64,000 bases of DNA from contig JBGASG010000007.1 of assembly GCA_044229845.1 (NCBI GenBank), positions 160,001-224,000 on the forward strand, read 5' to 3'. The notes under the pieces were generated by a model, which was given only the letters and a program-made list of their open reading frames with translations, was not told the origin of the DNA and did not search any database. Position 1 is the first letter of the stretch. Each line of letters opens with the position of its first letter. The stretch comes from Candidatus Obscuribacteraceae bacterium. Lineage in GTDB: Bacteria > Cyanobacteriota > Vampirovibrionia > Obscuribacterales > Obscuribacteraceae. Made by a program: the position numbers and the translations under genes. Positions 10,444 to 20,828 of the stretch are shown here, in pieces.

Positions 10444-11436
10444 TCAAAGTGATAAAAGGTCTTCAACATAGTATGGATCAGATGGTGCATTTTGCAGTTC
10501 CTTGACCATCTCTAAATCATTGGCTTGCATATCTTGGTTGCTCAGGCTCGCATAGATACCGGCTCTCAGCGTGTAAAGTTCTGGAGAATAAGGGTTAATC
10601 TTGATAGCGGTCGATGCTTGATTGACAGCCTCCAACAAGCGACCGGTCTTGGAATAGGACAGTGCCAAGGCCGCGTGAGGAGTAGCGAAGTTTGGATTTT
10701 GCCGAACAACTTGCTCCATGTCCAGAGAGGCTTGCTTGTACCGCCCCAGGTGCAGCAGTAATTTTCCTCTGCCATAACGCAACTTGCCGGCTTCTGGATT
10801 TCGTAAAAGTGCTTTGTTCAAGAGCGCGAGTGCTTGAGTATAACTGCCTTTGTTCGAAAGGTCTTGAGCAATTGCGTAATCGCTGTCCCCGCTGTTCCAA
10901 GTCTTCAGATGTGTCGGCTGAGGAATGTACGCGATGGCTGTATTTGAACTGTCGCCCCATGGCTCGAAATGATCCGGGTCGGTCACCACCGGCCTTTGCA
11001 AACCCGACAACTGAAGCACAGTGTCATCCAATTTATCGAAGGAAGCAGCGCGCTCTTTCTTAATCGGCAGGTAGAAGGGCGCGGCAGTTTCAGCTCGGTC
11101 GAAGTAGAGGATTGCCGCTCGATGGCAGCCGAAGCTTGCTAGATGTCTTGCAACCCTCAAGTCCTTGTAGCATTGAATGGTTTGCATCAATTGATTCGTG
11201 CCGCAGGCTTGATCGTTGTGAGCGAAAATGTCTTCTAAGACGGCACGCTCAGATTCGTCGAATTCGGCGAACCTCCCCTGGGATACGAACGAGTCCAGGT
11301 TGAGCGGTAGCAATTTCTTGGCGCGCAGACTTGCAGCTGGTTGAGAGGATCCAGAATTCGCCAGCTGTGATTGAGCAGCGGAAGGTGAGGCCGCGCCAGC
11401 TAACAAAATGCAGATTGCTGCTACTGTGATGCGCAT
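10444..11436 (-). CDS. secreted TPR-repeat protein
   Basis: Signal peptide; TPR helices ending in xNP turns. Confidence 0.8.
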   Translation of the reverse strand: MRITVAAICILLAGAASPSAAQSQLANSGSSQPAASLRAKKLLPLNLDSFVSQGRFAEFDESERAVLEDIFAHNDQACGTNQLMQTIQCYKDLRVARHLASFGCHRAAILYFDRAETAAPFYLPIKKERAASFDKLDDTVLQLSGLQRPVVTDPDHFEPWGDSSNTAIAYIPQPTHLKTWNSGDSDYAIAQDLSNKGSYTQALALLNKALLRNPEAGKLRYGRGKLLLHLGRYKQASLDMEQVVRQNPNFATPHAALALSYSKTGRLLEAVNQASTAIKINPYSPELYTLRAGIYASLSNQDMQANDLEMVKELQNAPSDPYYVEDLLSL

Positions 11437-11585
11437 AAGCTAATTCAATCACAAGACACTAGATGTAAGGGATGTGGCAGATCTCCGCTGAAAGCGATGT
11501 CAAACTAGTAGACCGGTCTACGAGTTGGAAGCAGAAAAAGTAGAGGTGTCTTAGTCTTGCTGAACGCCGCGAGATTACTAATGAA

Positions 11586-13562
11586 TTACTGTTCCTGGTG
11601 TTTCAGAAATTCGTACTTTGCCGGCAATGTGGCATCCTTGAAAACGGCGCCCTTGGCGCGAATTCCTTCCAAGTTTGCTCCCGTGAGGTCAGCACCGGCT
11701 AAGTTTGCCCCTTCTAGATCGGCACCACTTAGGTCGGCGCCCGCAAGATCCGCGCCAGAAAAGTCACAGCCGCCTAGGGACGCATGTGAAAGCTGTGCGT
11801 TTCGGAGGGTGGAATCTGTGAAAATGGCTTGGGAAAGCTGGCAACGGCTGAAGTTGGCATTGCCCATTTGGGCACCGGTGAAGTTTGCTTTGTTCAGAGT
11901 TGCATCGGAGAAATCTGCGTGACCTAAATTTGTCCCGGACAGATTGGACCCGCTCAGGTTAGAGTCAGCAAACGAAGTCCCGGGAAACGCGCACGATTTC
12001 AAATCGACATCTGGAAGAACAACTCCTCGCAAATCACAATCGATGAAACTGCAGCGAAGAAGCCGCTGCGGTTGGTCGAAACGGGTCTTCTGAAACTTTG
12101 ACGATCGAAACTCGCAATCAGCGATCGCAATGTTTGAGAGCGTGGCATCATTGAAATTTGCGTCAGTAAATCTGCTGTCATGAAAGTCTGCCCCGGTTAG
12201 GTCGGCCCCCAAAAACGAAATGGCAGTGGCAGAGACCGACTTCAGTGACATTGATTGGCAGTTGGCACCTTGAAAGTCTGCGCGCATGAGATTGCAGTGA
12301 ACGCCGAAAGAAGCACCCGAAAGATTGCAGTTCTTGAAGGAGGCTTCGGAGAGTCCAGCGTTTGTGAGGTTTAGGCGTGAAAGATCCGAACCACTCACAT
12401 CCAGTTTTGGGAGCTGCATCTTGCCAGCTGCCTCTTTCACTAATTCGGACTGGGTGAGCGGCTTTTCCGACCAGTACAGAATCTGTCCTGACGTTGACTT
12501 GAGTGATGACCGCGAAGATAGCTGATCGACGAGCGGTACCGCATGCGGTGCGAACGGGGAGAAGACCTTGCCCCGATTGGCCAGTATTCCGATTGCCAGT
12601 ATGCTGCTTAATGCCAGGATCGACAGCACCCAGACTCTGCGTTCCCGCTTGCCTGAATTGCGTGGACGGGCGCCAGACTTGCACAATTCAAGATCTGTAA
12701 GGACTTCCGCGACGGTGGCGTAACGATTCTTCTTTTCTTTTGACAAACAACGCTGCACGATGACTGATAGGGACTCGGAAGTTCCGCTGGACTTGAGCCT
12801 TGTTGACAGATCGGACCTTGATGCATGAATGTGTTGCATCAAGGTTTGCATGGGATTCTCGCCCACGAACGGGCATCCTCCCGTTAGTGATTCGAACATG
12901 AGGCAACCGAGTGAGTAGATGTCCGTCTGCTCATCTACTGGCAGTCCAAGCGCCTGCTCGGGGCTCATGTAGCTGGGCGATCCGATTATCTCCGCAGTTT
13001 GCGTCAATTTTGATGAGCTATCCTGGCATTCGCCGATTGCTTTGGCTAGACCGAAATCAGCTATCTTGGCGCACTGCAAGCCTTCTTTTTCCGTGATTAA
13101 CACGTTGCTGGGCTTGATGTCTCGATGAACGATTTTGGCTTGGTGAGCCGCGCGCAGCCCTCGCGCGACATCGATGAAAATAGGAAGGCACTGATCTTCT
13201 TTCAGCGCACCATTCTTCTCAATCATTTGCGACAACGATTGACCATCGACGAGCTCCATCGCTACGAAAGCTTTTTCGTTGGTCGTGGTCCCATAATCGA
13301 AGATTTGCACTATGTTTTCGTGCGACAGTCCGGAAGCCAGTTGGGCTTCCAGCTGGAACCGACTGGAGTTAGAAGGTTTGGCAGAAACGCCAAGATGTAG
13401 CAGTTTGAGCGCGACAGTTTTGTTCAGACCAAGGTGTTTAGCCCGGTAGACCGCAGCCATCCCTCCTTCGCCCACCAAATCAATAAGTTCGTAGCGGTCA
13501 CCGACGATGTCGGAAACCTGACGCAAATTGACGGCAGCCTGGTCTTCCTTCGATTTCGACAC
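11586..13562 (-). CDS. Ser/Thr protein kinase with TM segment and pentapeptide repeats
   Basis: GEGGMAAVY, VALK, HRDIKPSN, DFG and YMSPE motifs; C-terminal A(D/N)LxG repeats. Confidence 0.95.
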   Translation of the reverse strand: MSKSKEDQAAVNLRQVSDIVGDRYELIDLVGEGGMAAVYRAKHLGLNKTVALKLLHLGVSAKPSNSSRFQLEAQLASGLSHENIVQIFDYGTTTNEKAFVAMELVDGQSLSQMIEKNGALKEDQCLPIFIDVARGLRAAHQAKIVHRDIKPSNVLITEKEGLQCAKIADFGLAKAIGECQDSSSKLTQTAEIIGSPSYMSPEQALGLPVDEQTDIYSLGCLMFESLTGGCPFVGENPMQTLMQHIHASRSDLSTRLKSSGTSESLSVIVQRCLSKEKKNRYATVAEVLTDLELCKSGARPRNSGKRERRVWVLSILALSSILAIGILANRGKVFSPFAPHAVPLVDQLSSRSSLKSTSGQILYWSEKPLTQSELVKEAAGKMQLPKLDVSGSDLSRLNLTNAGLSEASFKNCNLSGASFGVHCNLMRADFQGANCQSMSLKSVSATAISFLGADLTGADFHDSRFTDANFNDATLSNIAIADCEFRSSKFQKTRFDQPQRLLRCSFIDCDLRGVVLPDVDLKSCAFPGTSFADSNLSGSNLSGTNLGHADFSDATLNKANFTGAQMGNANFSRCQLSQAIFTDSTLRNAQLSHASLGGCDFSGADLAGADLSGADLEGANLAGADLTGANLEGIRAKGAVFKDATLPAKYEFLKHQEQ

Positions 13563-13653
13563 CGGGATCGCCCTGCGTGACTACTTGCTGAACTACGTAT
13601 GATATACCCAAATGGGCACCTCTGGCAGACTCACGGGTGTATGTCAGACTCCA

Positions 13654-13993
13654 TCACCGCTCGGCTCTCGATAGCTCCTTCTCTACCTCAGACTCGAGTT
13701 CGGCAGGTTCGACGAAAGAACCAACTTATTTCTTCGGCAAAACTCAGATATCTCGGCATTAGAACCGGGCTCCTTGCCACCGAATTGATTACAGGGGAAG
13801 CCCAGCACCAGAAGTCCTCTGGAGGCGAATTTGTTCCGTCGAGCGATTTAGCGCTCAAATCGTACAGAGAGCTCTCCGAGCGGGACTGCTGTGGACCCAA
13901 AGCCCTGGTTGCGTCGTGTGCCCCGCAAACAACACAAAGAGTAAGCCAGACCATAATTCTTACGACCTTAGCATTCACAACACTTTTCCGCAT
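13654..13993 (-). pseudogene. glutathione peroxidase pseudogene with two internal deletions/frame breaks
   Basis: Three out-of-frame segments: signal peptide + [70 protein letters not shown]. Confidence 0.8.
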
Positions 13994-14125
13994 TCAAGCG
14001 GGGCTCTGAAGCTATCTTGCATTGACGAGGTGAATCTCGTATGAACGAAGCCGCTTCTCAACGCGCTGCACCTGCCACCGGCAGTGGTGGCATCATGACG
14101 AAGCGTTGAGTTTCGCTAACCCGCG

Positions 14126-14543
14126 CTAACCCTTGAGACGCCTATCAAGCCTAAGGCAATCTTCTGCTGCGGTGCGAATCTGTTTCTCGACGCTCGGATC
14201 TCGATGATCGGCTTCCAAATAGTTGCTGACAGTGCCCAGTGCAATCGTCGTCTGCATTACGTTCTGAAGCATTTCTTCGTGTTGACTGGGCATCAACCTG
14301 ACCATAAGGATTGGTGTCGCATGGCTATTGATGTCCAGCCGGATCAGCCTGATTAATTCCATGGCGCGGGAATCATCGAACAAAATGCCAATCACGAATA
14401 AATCGATAGGTTCTGAGTCTGCAAGCAGCACTTGCTCTGCGTGCTCGATATTTTTCACCTACCAGCTCATAGCCGTCCAGTGCCTTCTTCACTACAGGAA
14501 GAGGCTCAGACTTTACTGCTACAAGTATCCTAGCGGCAGTCAT
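14126..14543 (-). pseudogene. atypical receiver-domain-like gene split by a frameshift near 14459
   Basis: MTAARILVAV...DGYELV from ATG 14543 is 1 nt out of frame with VKNIEHAE...IDLFVIGILFDDSRAMELIRLIR. Confidence 0.6.
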
Positions 14544-14562
14544 TAATTGAGTTTGTCTGAAA

Positions 14563-15252
14563 TTAGACTTGCGGCGGCAACTGTGGTTCGCGTGACAGCA
14601 GAGGCGAGCTCAGAGTCGACGGATTCATGTTGATGCTGGCGCTCGCGTTCAAGTTAGCGGAACTCAATCCACCATGCCGTTTGACTTGCGTCAGTACTCG
14701 CTGTCCGTTTTTGACGATATTCTGAGATTCAGTAATGATGCGCGAAATGCCGGCCAGATCTTCATCGAGACGCGTAAGCACTTGGTCTGCGTAGACATCG
14801 GCGCCCTCGCGGGTGCGAGCTGCATCTTCCTCGGCTTCGGCGCGGATGCGCTCTGCTTCGGCCAGTGCTTCGCGGCGCATTTGCTCAACTTCTTGAACTA
14901 CTTGCTTGCGAATTCTTTCGACTTCCGCCTGCACTGCTTTGAGCAGTTCCGACTCGTGCAGCATTGTTTCTGCCTGGCGGCGAGCGGTGGCAATGACTGT
15001 CTCGGCGCGGCGTTGCGATTCAGCAACGATGTCGTCGCGCTGCTGAAGGACATCGGTCGCTTCCCGCAGTTCTTCGGGGAGGCGGGCCCGCGCCTTATCT
15101 AACACTTCTAGAAATTGATCGGCGTTGATCAGTTTGAATTTCCAGACGCCGGCGCCGTCTTCAATAAGATGCTCGAGCAAGTCGAGATGCTTATAGATCG
15201 ACGTTTGTTTGTACGCCGCTGTGTTTGGTGTCATTGCAATTGTTGTGGTCAT
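14563..15252 (-). CDS. DivIVA/Cdv3-like coiled-coil protein
   Basis: LDLLEHLI...LPEELREA...GADxYADQVL pattern; directly downstream of coaD, a known conserved arrangement. Confidence 0.75.
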   Translation of the reverse strand: MTTTIAMTPNTAAYKQTSIYKHLDLLEHLIEDGAGVWKFKLINADQFLEVLDKARARLPEELREATDVLQQRDDIVAESQRRAETVIATARRQAETMLHESELLKAVQAEVERIRKQVVQEVEQMRREALAEAERIRAEAEEDAARTREGADVYADQVLTRLDEDLAGISRIITESQNIVKNGQRVLTQVKRHGGLSSANLNASASINMNPSTLSSPLLSREPQLPPQV

Positions 15253-15260
15253 ACTTTTAT

Positions 15261-15746
15261 TCAGCCCCTGCTGAAATGCTCTCTCAGATAAGAATGGACT
15301 GCCTGCGGGACGAATTGGCTTACGTCTCCGCCTAAACGTGCAATCTCCTTCACCGTTGACGAACTAATAAAAGAATACTCGGGTTTTGTCATGAGAAAAA
15401 TAGTTTCTAGTTCAGGATTGAGCTGACGGTTAGTCTGCGCCATTCCTAGCTCCGCCTCATAGTCCGAGATAGCTCTCAGTCCGCGAATGATGACGTTCGA
15501 TTGATTCTGTCTTGCGAAATCCACGAGTAGTCCCTGGAAGTGCCCGACACGAACGTTTTTCAGATCCTCCACTACTTTCGAGATAAGCATTGTTCTAACT
15601 TCGATAGGCAAAAGCGGAGTTTTTCCGGGATTGCCCACCACTGCCATGATGACTTCATCGAAAAGAGCACTGGCCCGATGGATGATGTCCAGGTGACCCA
15701 GTGTCATTGGATCGAACGAGCCAGGATAAACGGCTCTCCTAGTCAT
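15261..15746 (-). CDS. coaD: pantetheine-phosphate adenylyltransferase
   Basis: YPGSFDPMTLGHLDII, IIRGLR and ISSSTVKE motifs. Confidence 0.97.
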   Translation of the reverse strand: MTRRAVYPGSFDPMTLGHLDIIHRASALFDEVIMAVVGNPGKTPLLPIEVRTMLISKVVEDLKNVRVGHFQGLLVDFARQNQSNVIIRGLRAISDYEAELGMAQTNRQLNPELETIFLMTKPEYSFISSSTVKEIARLGGDVSQFVPQAVHSYLREHFSRG

Positions 15747-16002
15747 TCCAGCTAACTAGTTACCTTTCCCACCAGATAGTGGTTGGGGGCGTGATCTTCT
15801 TGATCTTGTCAACGCGGAAAATCATAGCACAGCGCACGCTTGATAAATCGTTAATCAAATAAAATGGGGCAGTTTCAGGTGTATATGGAATCGATGCGCG
15901 CGGCATTGCAAAACTGTATAGATACCGCATATGGTGCAACCTCGGGCATTCTCGCGGCCGCTTGTTAACTGCGCTTAAGCCTGGCAGATTCCTGATTTCG
16001 GG

Positions 16003-18153
16003 TTATGAAGAAACCGAAACCTCGCCACTGTCACTTACTTGCGGAATATCCACTGTCGGATCGGGATCCGATCCATTTGATGTCGATGCCGATGTCGATG
16101 CCGATGCGTGACCTGACCCGTTCGCGCCATTCTTGGTCGCCACCGGTTCGAGATCTCCCGTGTCGTCCGCGCACTCCGCGGAGTCTTCGCTCTCCGCTTT
16201 TCCGTTTGCGCCATCGCCTGCGGTATCAGACGTATCATCCATCGGGAAGCCGAAGCCGGGGAGCACGACGACAAACGTAGTGCCGTGTCCAAGTTCGGAC
16301 TCGCAGTAGATGCGGCCGTTATGCTTTTCGATGATCCGTTTAACGATCGTCAGTCCCAGTCCGGTGCCTTTGATCGTGTGCACTTTCTTCTCGACACGAT
16401 AGAAGCGATCGAAGATGAATGGAATATCGTCTTCAGGAATGCCGATACCATTGTCTTTGACAGAAACCTTCACTTCGTGCGGCTCTTCCAGATATTCGAC
16501 GCTGACGTCGATTTTGCCGCCGTTAGGTGTGTACTTGATGGCGTTGGTGACCAGATTGATCACCGCGCGCTCGATAGACTCTCGGTTCATTTGCACTTGC
16601 GGCAGCCGATTGTCGCAGTTGAGGGAAAGCGAGATGCCGCGTTCTTTTGCCATCATCTGCACGGCCCGCAGGGTGTATTCGACTGCTGCCGAAATATCCT
16701 GTGGAACAATTTCGAATTCGCGTTCGCTTTCTTCCAGCTTAGAAAGTTCGAGCACTTCGTTGACCAGGCTCATTAATCGATCGGCTTCGCTATCGATAAT
16801 CTCAAGAAACTCTCGATAGATGTCCGGTTCCAGCTTGTCGCCGTGCTTGCACAGTGTGTCGACATAACTCTTGATCGATGTAATCGGCGTGCGCAACTCG
16901 TGACTGACGTTGCTGATGAATTCGCCCTTCATCTTCTCCAGTTCGGCCGATCTGGTGATGTCGTGCATAATCATGACCGAGCCGAGAAACTCTTTATTCA
17001 ACTGAATCGGCGCGATGTGCAGACGAATGACGCGCTCGCCGACTGTGAGTTGTTGCATGACGGGACCAAGCGTGCCGGGTGAGACCGTGTCGGTAAATGC
17101 TTGAATAACCTGGCAGATTTGCGGGCTGTCTGGGCCGTCTGTACAAAAAACCAGCGGCTTGCCGAGCAAATCCTTTTCTTCTTTGTCGAACAACTGCGTG
17201 GCTGCGGCGTTGACGATCTGCACTTTGTTGTCGCGGTCGCAGACGACGACACCGTCCGCGATCGACATCAGCACGAGCTCCAACTTGTTTCTTTCCGAAA
17301 TGAACTTATTGCGCTCGGACATCAAACTGTCGACGTTCTGTTTGTCGTACTGCTGAAGGCGTTTGGACATGTAGTTGAACGCGCTGACGACCTGGTCGAT
17401 TTCGCGCCCGGCGCCCTGGTGTCCGATCTGGTGACCGAATCGTCCCGCGGCAATCTGCGAAGCACCGCCGGAGAGAGCCTTCAGAGGTCGATTAATCAAC
17501 GAATAGTTGACCGCCAGGCAGAGCGCACCCAAAAACCACACCAGTCCGAAAATGGACAAAAGGAACATTTTGGTTTCTTGGGGCGTGCCAAAGATGGTGA
17601 ATGCATAACTGTCCAGACCGACCCAGCACATGCCGAAGCTTTCATTGTTGCGGAACATGGGCACGGCAATATTGACGATTTCGCGCGAGCCCGGCGGGCT
17701 CGGAAATACCCCCGGTGCCTGCGTTCGGGCTGCCGGCTGCGCATACATCTTGTAGATGGGTGCCTTATTAGCCTCGTTTTGGCGAATGAAATTCTGGCTG
17801 TCCAAAAGAACTTTGCCGTTCTGGTCCACGAAAGCGATGTATTCAATCGCCGGAGTCTGCTGCATCTCAGTCAGCACGTAATACTTCATGCCTTCCAGGT
17901 TGTTGTCGTTCGAGAGCGCTTCCGCGCCGCCTCGGGCCAGCGCTTGGGCCAGCGCCATGCCAAATTGATTGACTGCCTGCGTCTTCACTGCCTGCGTGTG
18001 ACTAACTAAAATCCAGGCCGTAAATGTCACCAGTGAAGAAATTGAGACCAGCCCCAGCAAAAGCAGCCGTTTCTGAGTTGAGACTCGCACCCACAGGTAC
18101 TGGGTCAAAACCAGGGCTTTGCGGAACGGTCTAAATAATGGATGTTGCTTCAC
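16003..18153 (-). CDS. sensor histidine kinase (2TM-HAMP-PAS-HisKA-HATPase), Hik33/NblS- or WalK-like
   Basis: NVSHELRTP H-box; NLVTNAIKYT, DNGIGI and GTGLGL; FYRVEKKVHTIKGTG. Confidence 0.9.
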   Translation of the reverse strand: MKQHPLFRPFRKALVLTQYLWVRVSTQKRLLLLGLVSISSLVTFTAWILVSHTQAVKTQAVNQFGMALAQALARGGAEALSNDNNLEGMKYYVLTEMQQTPAIEYIAFVDQNGKVLLDSQNFIRQNEANKAPIYKMYAQPAARTQAPGVFPSPPGSREIVNIAVPMFRNNESFGMCWVGLDSYAFTIFGTPQETKMFLLSIFGLVWFLGALCLAVNYSLINRPLKALSGGASQIAAGRFGHQIGHQGAGREIDQVVSAFNYMSKRLQQYDKQNVDSLMSERNKFISERNKLELVLMSIADGVVVCDRDNKVQIVNAAATQLFDKEEKDLLGKPLVFCTDGPDSPQICQVIQAFTDTVSPGTLGPVMQQLTVGERVIRLHIAPIQLNKEFLGSVMIMHDITRSAELEKMKGEFISNVSHELRTPITSIKSYVDTLCKHGDKLEPDIYREFLEIIDSEADRLMSLVNEVLELSKLEESEREFEIVPQDISAAVEYTLRAVQMMAKERGISLSLNCDNRLPQVQMNRESIERAVINLVTNAIKYTPNGGKIDVSVEYLEEPHEVKVSVKDNGIGIPEDDIPFIFDRFYRVEKKVHTIKGTGLGLTIVKRIIEKHNGRIYCESELGHGTTFVVVLPGFGFPMDDTSDTAGDGANGKAESEDSAECADDTGDLEPVATKNGANGSGHASASTSASTSNGSDPDPTVDIPQVSDSGEVSVSS

Positions 18154-18314
18154 GAGCTGACCTTGGCTGGAGAGGTTTAGATCTGAAACTGATCTCTAGA
18201 TCTGATTCCTACAAAGGTAGAGCAAAAACCCCATTTACCTAACGCAATTTTATCCAAATGCTTTACAACCGGATACGTCTTTTAAGCCACCCGCGACCTT
18301 TTGGGGCTTTCTAT

Positions 18315-18342
18315 AGATCTCAACCGATATCGGTTGAGATCT
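18315..18342. repeat. dispersed palindrome copy 1 (AGATCTCAACCGATATCGGTTGAGATCT)
   Basis: Perfect 28-bp palindrome in the divergent kinase/sigma intergenic region. Confidence 0.95.
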
Positions 18343-18399
18343 GCGGTTTCATATTAGAGTGATGGAAGGGCTGCCAAGCGAAACGGAAGTCCCCGAAAA

Positions 18400-19143
18400 A
18401 TGACGACCTTTACACCCGGACAAACCCAGCAGACGACCCAGGAAATCGACGCGAGAGTGCGCGATTACTTGCCTTTGGTGAGCCAGATTGCGGCTCGCTT
18501 CAACCGGGCGAGTTCGGTCAGCAAGGAAGATCTGGTGCAGGTGGGGGCTTTAGGGTTGCTGAAGGCGATTCGAGGCTATGACCGGGAGCGCTGCAAGAAT
18601 GCCTCGTTCCGAAGTTATGCCACTCTCTTCATTCGGGGTGAGATTCAGCATTACCTGCGCGATCAGGCTTCCCTGGTGCAACAGCCGAGACGTGTAGTCG
18701 ACAGTGCAGCCCGGCTTGCTGTAGCAGAAGAGCAACTGACCCGTGAACTTGAACGCACTCCTGCGGCTGTCGAGCTGGCGATGCGAGCCGGGTTGCCGCT
18801 CCCCGTGGTCGTCGAGGCGCAACAGGCGCGGGATACGTGCACATTTTACGACTCTCTCGATCAGTGCGACACCGGCGAAGATCAGCTGGGCACCTGGAGC
18901 GAACGCCTTCCCGACCGTAATCAGATTGAGAAGATCGAAGAGGCGGAGACGCGGGCGATTGTAGGAAACGCTGTGCGCAGCTTGGGAGCGAAATCGCGCC
19001 AGGTCATCGAGTATGTCTATTTTGATGAGATGACTCAAAAGGAAACAGCCCGGCTGCTTGGTTGGTCGGAGATGAAAGTTTCGCGAGCCGTGCGCAAAGC
19101 GCTGACGAAGCTGAAGGCGATTCTCCTCACTGAGATCTTCTAG
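18400..19143 (+). CDS. SigB/SigF/SigG-type RNA polymerase sigma factor
   Basis: EDLVQVGALGLLKAI, IRGEIQHYLRD; region 4 MTQKETARLLGWSEMKVSR. Confidence 0.92.
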   Translation: MTTFTPGQTQQTTQEIDARVRDYLPLVSQIAARFNRASSVSKEDLVQVGALGLLKAIRGYDRERCKNASFRSYATLFIRGEIQHYLRDQASLVQQPRRVVDSAARLAVAEEQLTRELERTPAAVELAMRAGLPLPVVVEAQQARDTCTFYDSLDQCDTGEDQLGTWSERLPDRNQIEKIEEAETRAIVGNAVRSLGAKSRQVIEYVYFDEMTQKETARLLGWSEMKVSRAVRKALTKLKAILLTEIF

Positions 19144-19166
19144 TGCCGGACCGGAGATATGTCGGG

Positions 19167-20828
19167 CTACAGATAGCGAGTTTCATCAAAGGTGTCCGCG
19201 GTAGCAGACTCTTTCGCTTTTTCGCCATTCGCTGTTTCGGGTTGCATAACGTCCTTTTCCGCCTCGGTCTGCGGCGGTTCGCCCAGTGAGAGGCTATCGA
19301 GCTCGGAGTCGATGTCCACTTGCAAATGATGTGCCGAGTCTTCATTGAGAATGCCCTGTTTCACAAGCTCGGCGAGGCAATCCTTGCGTTGCTCCAGGAG
19401 TTGCATTTTGATCTGGTTGTCCTGCATCTCGTTCAATGAGGAATCGGAGACTTGCAGCGTCTCGAGCTCGCTGCTTAGGTTGGCGATGTTCTGTGCGAGT
19501 TCCTGGCTCCATTTTTCGTGTGCGGCCTCGGAAACGCGTCCTTCATCCCTGAACTTGTCCAGTGTCAGTAATTCGGACTTGTAAGCCAGGACCAGTCCCT
19601 TGCATTCCTGGTACCGATTGAGGCTTTCTTTCTTGGGTGCCATGCCCAGTAGGCGAACCATTGGTTCCATCGTCAATCCAGGGACCAGCAGCGTAAAGAG
19701 GACTACGCCGAAAGTCATGTTGATCACTATCTCCCGGTCGGGAAAGTCGAGCGGCAAACTGAGAGCCAGCGCCATAACCAGAGCACCGCGCAACCCGCCC
19801 CAGAACATCAGGTGGCGCCACTTGTCCGGAATCGGCAAACGCTGTGACGAGATGAACGGACAGATGCCATAGACCACCATCAAACGGGCTACGAAGACAG
19901 CCAGCACCGCCAGTCCGATGATACGAGAGTGCTTGAGAAGCAACGACCACTCTACCTGCAAACCAATCAGTAAAAACAGCAACGAATTGCAAAGGAAGGC
20001 GGCATACTCCCAGAAGGAGTTGACCGCCAGGCGAGTGGATGCCGACATGCCGGTGCGGCTGCCGTAGTTGCCTACGACAATGCCGGCGGCAACAACTGCT
20101 ATTACTGAAGATACCTTCAATTGTTCGGCGAGCAAAAATGCACCGTATGCGGTGACCATCGTAAGTGTGATTTCCAGCAGGTGGTCATCGAAAGCACTTG
20201 TGATTCGCGACGCCGCATAGCCAAGCAAGGCACCAAGCGCACCACCGCCCAGCACTACGAGCAGGAAGGTTCCGCCAGTATTGGCGACGGAAAATTGCCC
20301 GCCGGTCAAAACGAGCGCCAGGACGATTTTGAAAAGGACGACCGCTGTGCCGTCATTAAACAAACTCTCGCCTTCCAGGATCATCGTCAACCGTTTGTCG
20401 ATGCCCATTTGCCGGAAGAGAGCGATCACGGAAACCGGGTCGGTAGCCGATACCATCGCCCCGAAGAGCAGAGCAGTCTGGGTGTTCATATTACCTGCGA
20501 AGTGCAAGATCGCAGCCACGCCCACCATGCAGACAACCACACCGACTGTGGCAAGGACGCTGATTGACAGCCAGTCGCGCCGGAGAGCCTTGATGTCCAT
20601 GTTCCATGAGGCTTCGAAAAGCAACGCCGGCAAGAATATGAGTAGCACCATTTCCGGTGTCATTGAAACGGGTGGCAAAACCTTGGAGAGTCCGATCACA
20701 AGTCCGGCTATCACTAGCGCTACTGCATATGGAACTCGAATCCATTTGATTACCACAGCCGTTGCCGAAGCCACTAGAAGTAGTGCCAAGAGCGTGTCCA
20801 GATGAATCGCGGATCCAGCGTGTTCCAT
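19167..20828 (-). CDS. CPA1-family Na+/H+ antiporter
   Basis: FLPALLFEA, SATDPVSV, GESLFNDG and WGGLRGA motifs. Confidence 0.95.
   Translation of the reverse strand: MEHAGSAIHLDTLLALLLVASATAVVIKWIRVPYAVALVIAGLVIGLSKVLPPVSMTPEMVLLIFLPALLFEASWNMDIKALRRDWLSISVLATVGVVVCMVGVAAILHFAGNMNTQTALLFGAMVSATDPVSVIALFRQMGIDKRLTMILEGESLFNDGTAVVLFKIVLALVLTGGQFSVANTGGTFLLVVLGGGALGALLGYAASRITSAFDDHLLEITLTMVTAYGAFLLAEQLKVSSVIAVVAAGIVVGNYGSRTGMSASTRLAVNSFWEYAAFLCNSLLFLLIGLQVEWSLLLKHSRIIGLAVLAVFVARLMVVYGICPFISSQRLPIPDKWRHLMFWGGLRGALVMALALSLPLDFPDREIVINMTFGVVLFTLLVPGLTMEPMVRLLGMAPKKESLNRYQECKGLVLAYKSELLTLDKFRDEGRVSEAAHEKWSQELAQNIANLSSELETLQVSDSSLNEMQDNQIKMQLLEQRKDCLAELVKQGILNEDSAHHLQVDIDSELDSLSLGEPPQTEAEKDVMQPETANGEKAKESATADTFDETRYL

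Noticed and set aside
16078..16108. GATGTC/GATGCC hexamer repeats
   Set aside because: They encode the low-complexity ASASTSASTS tail of the kinase.
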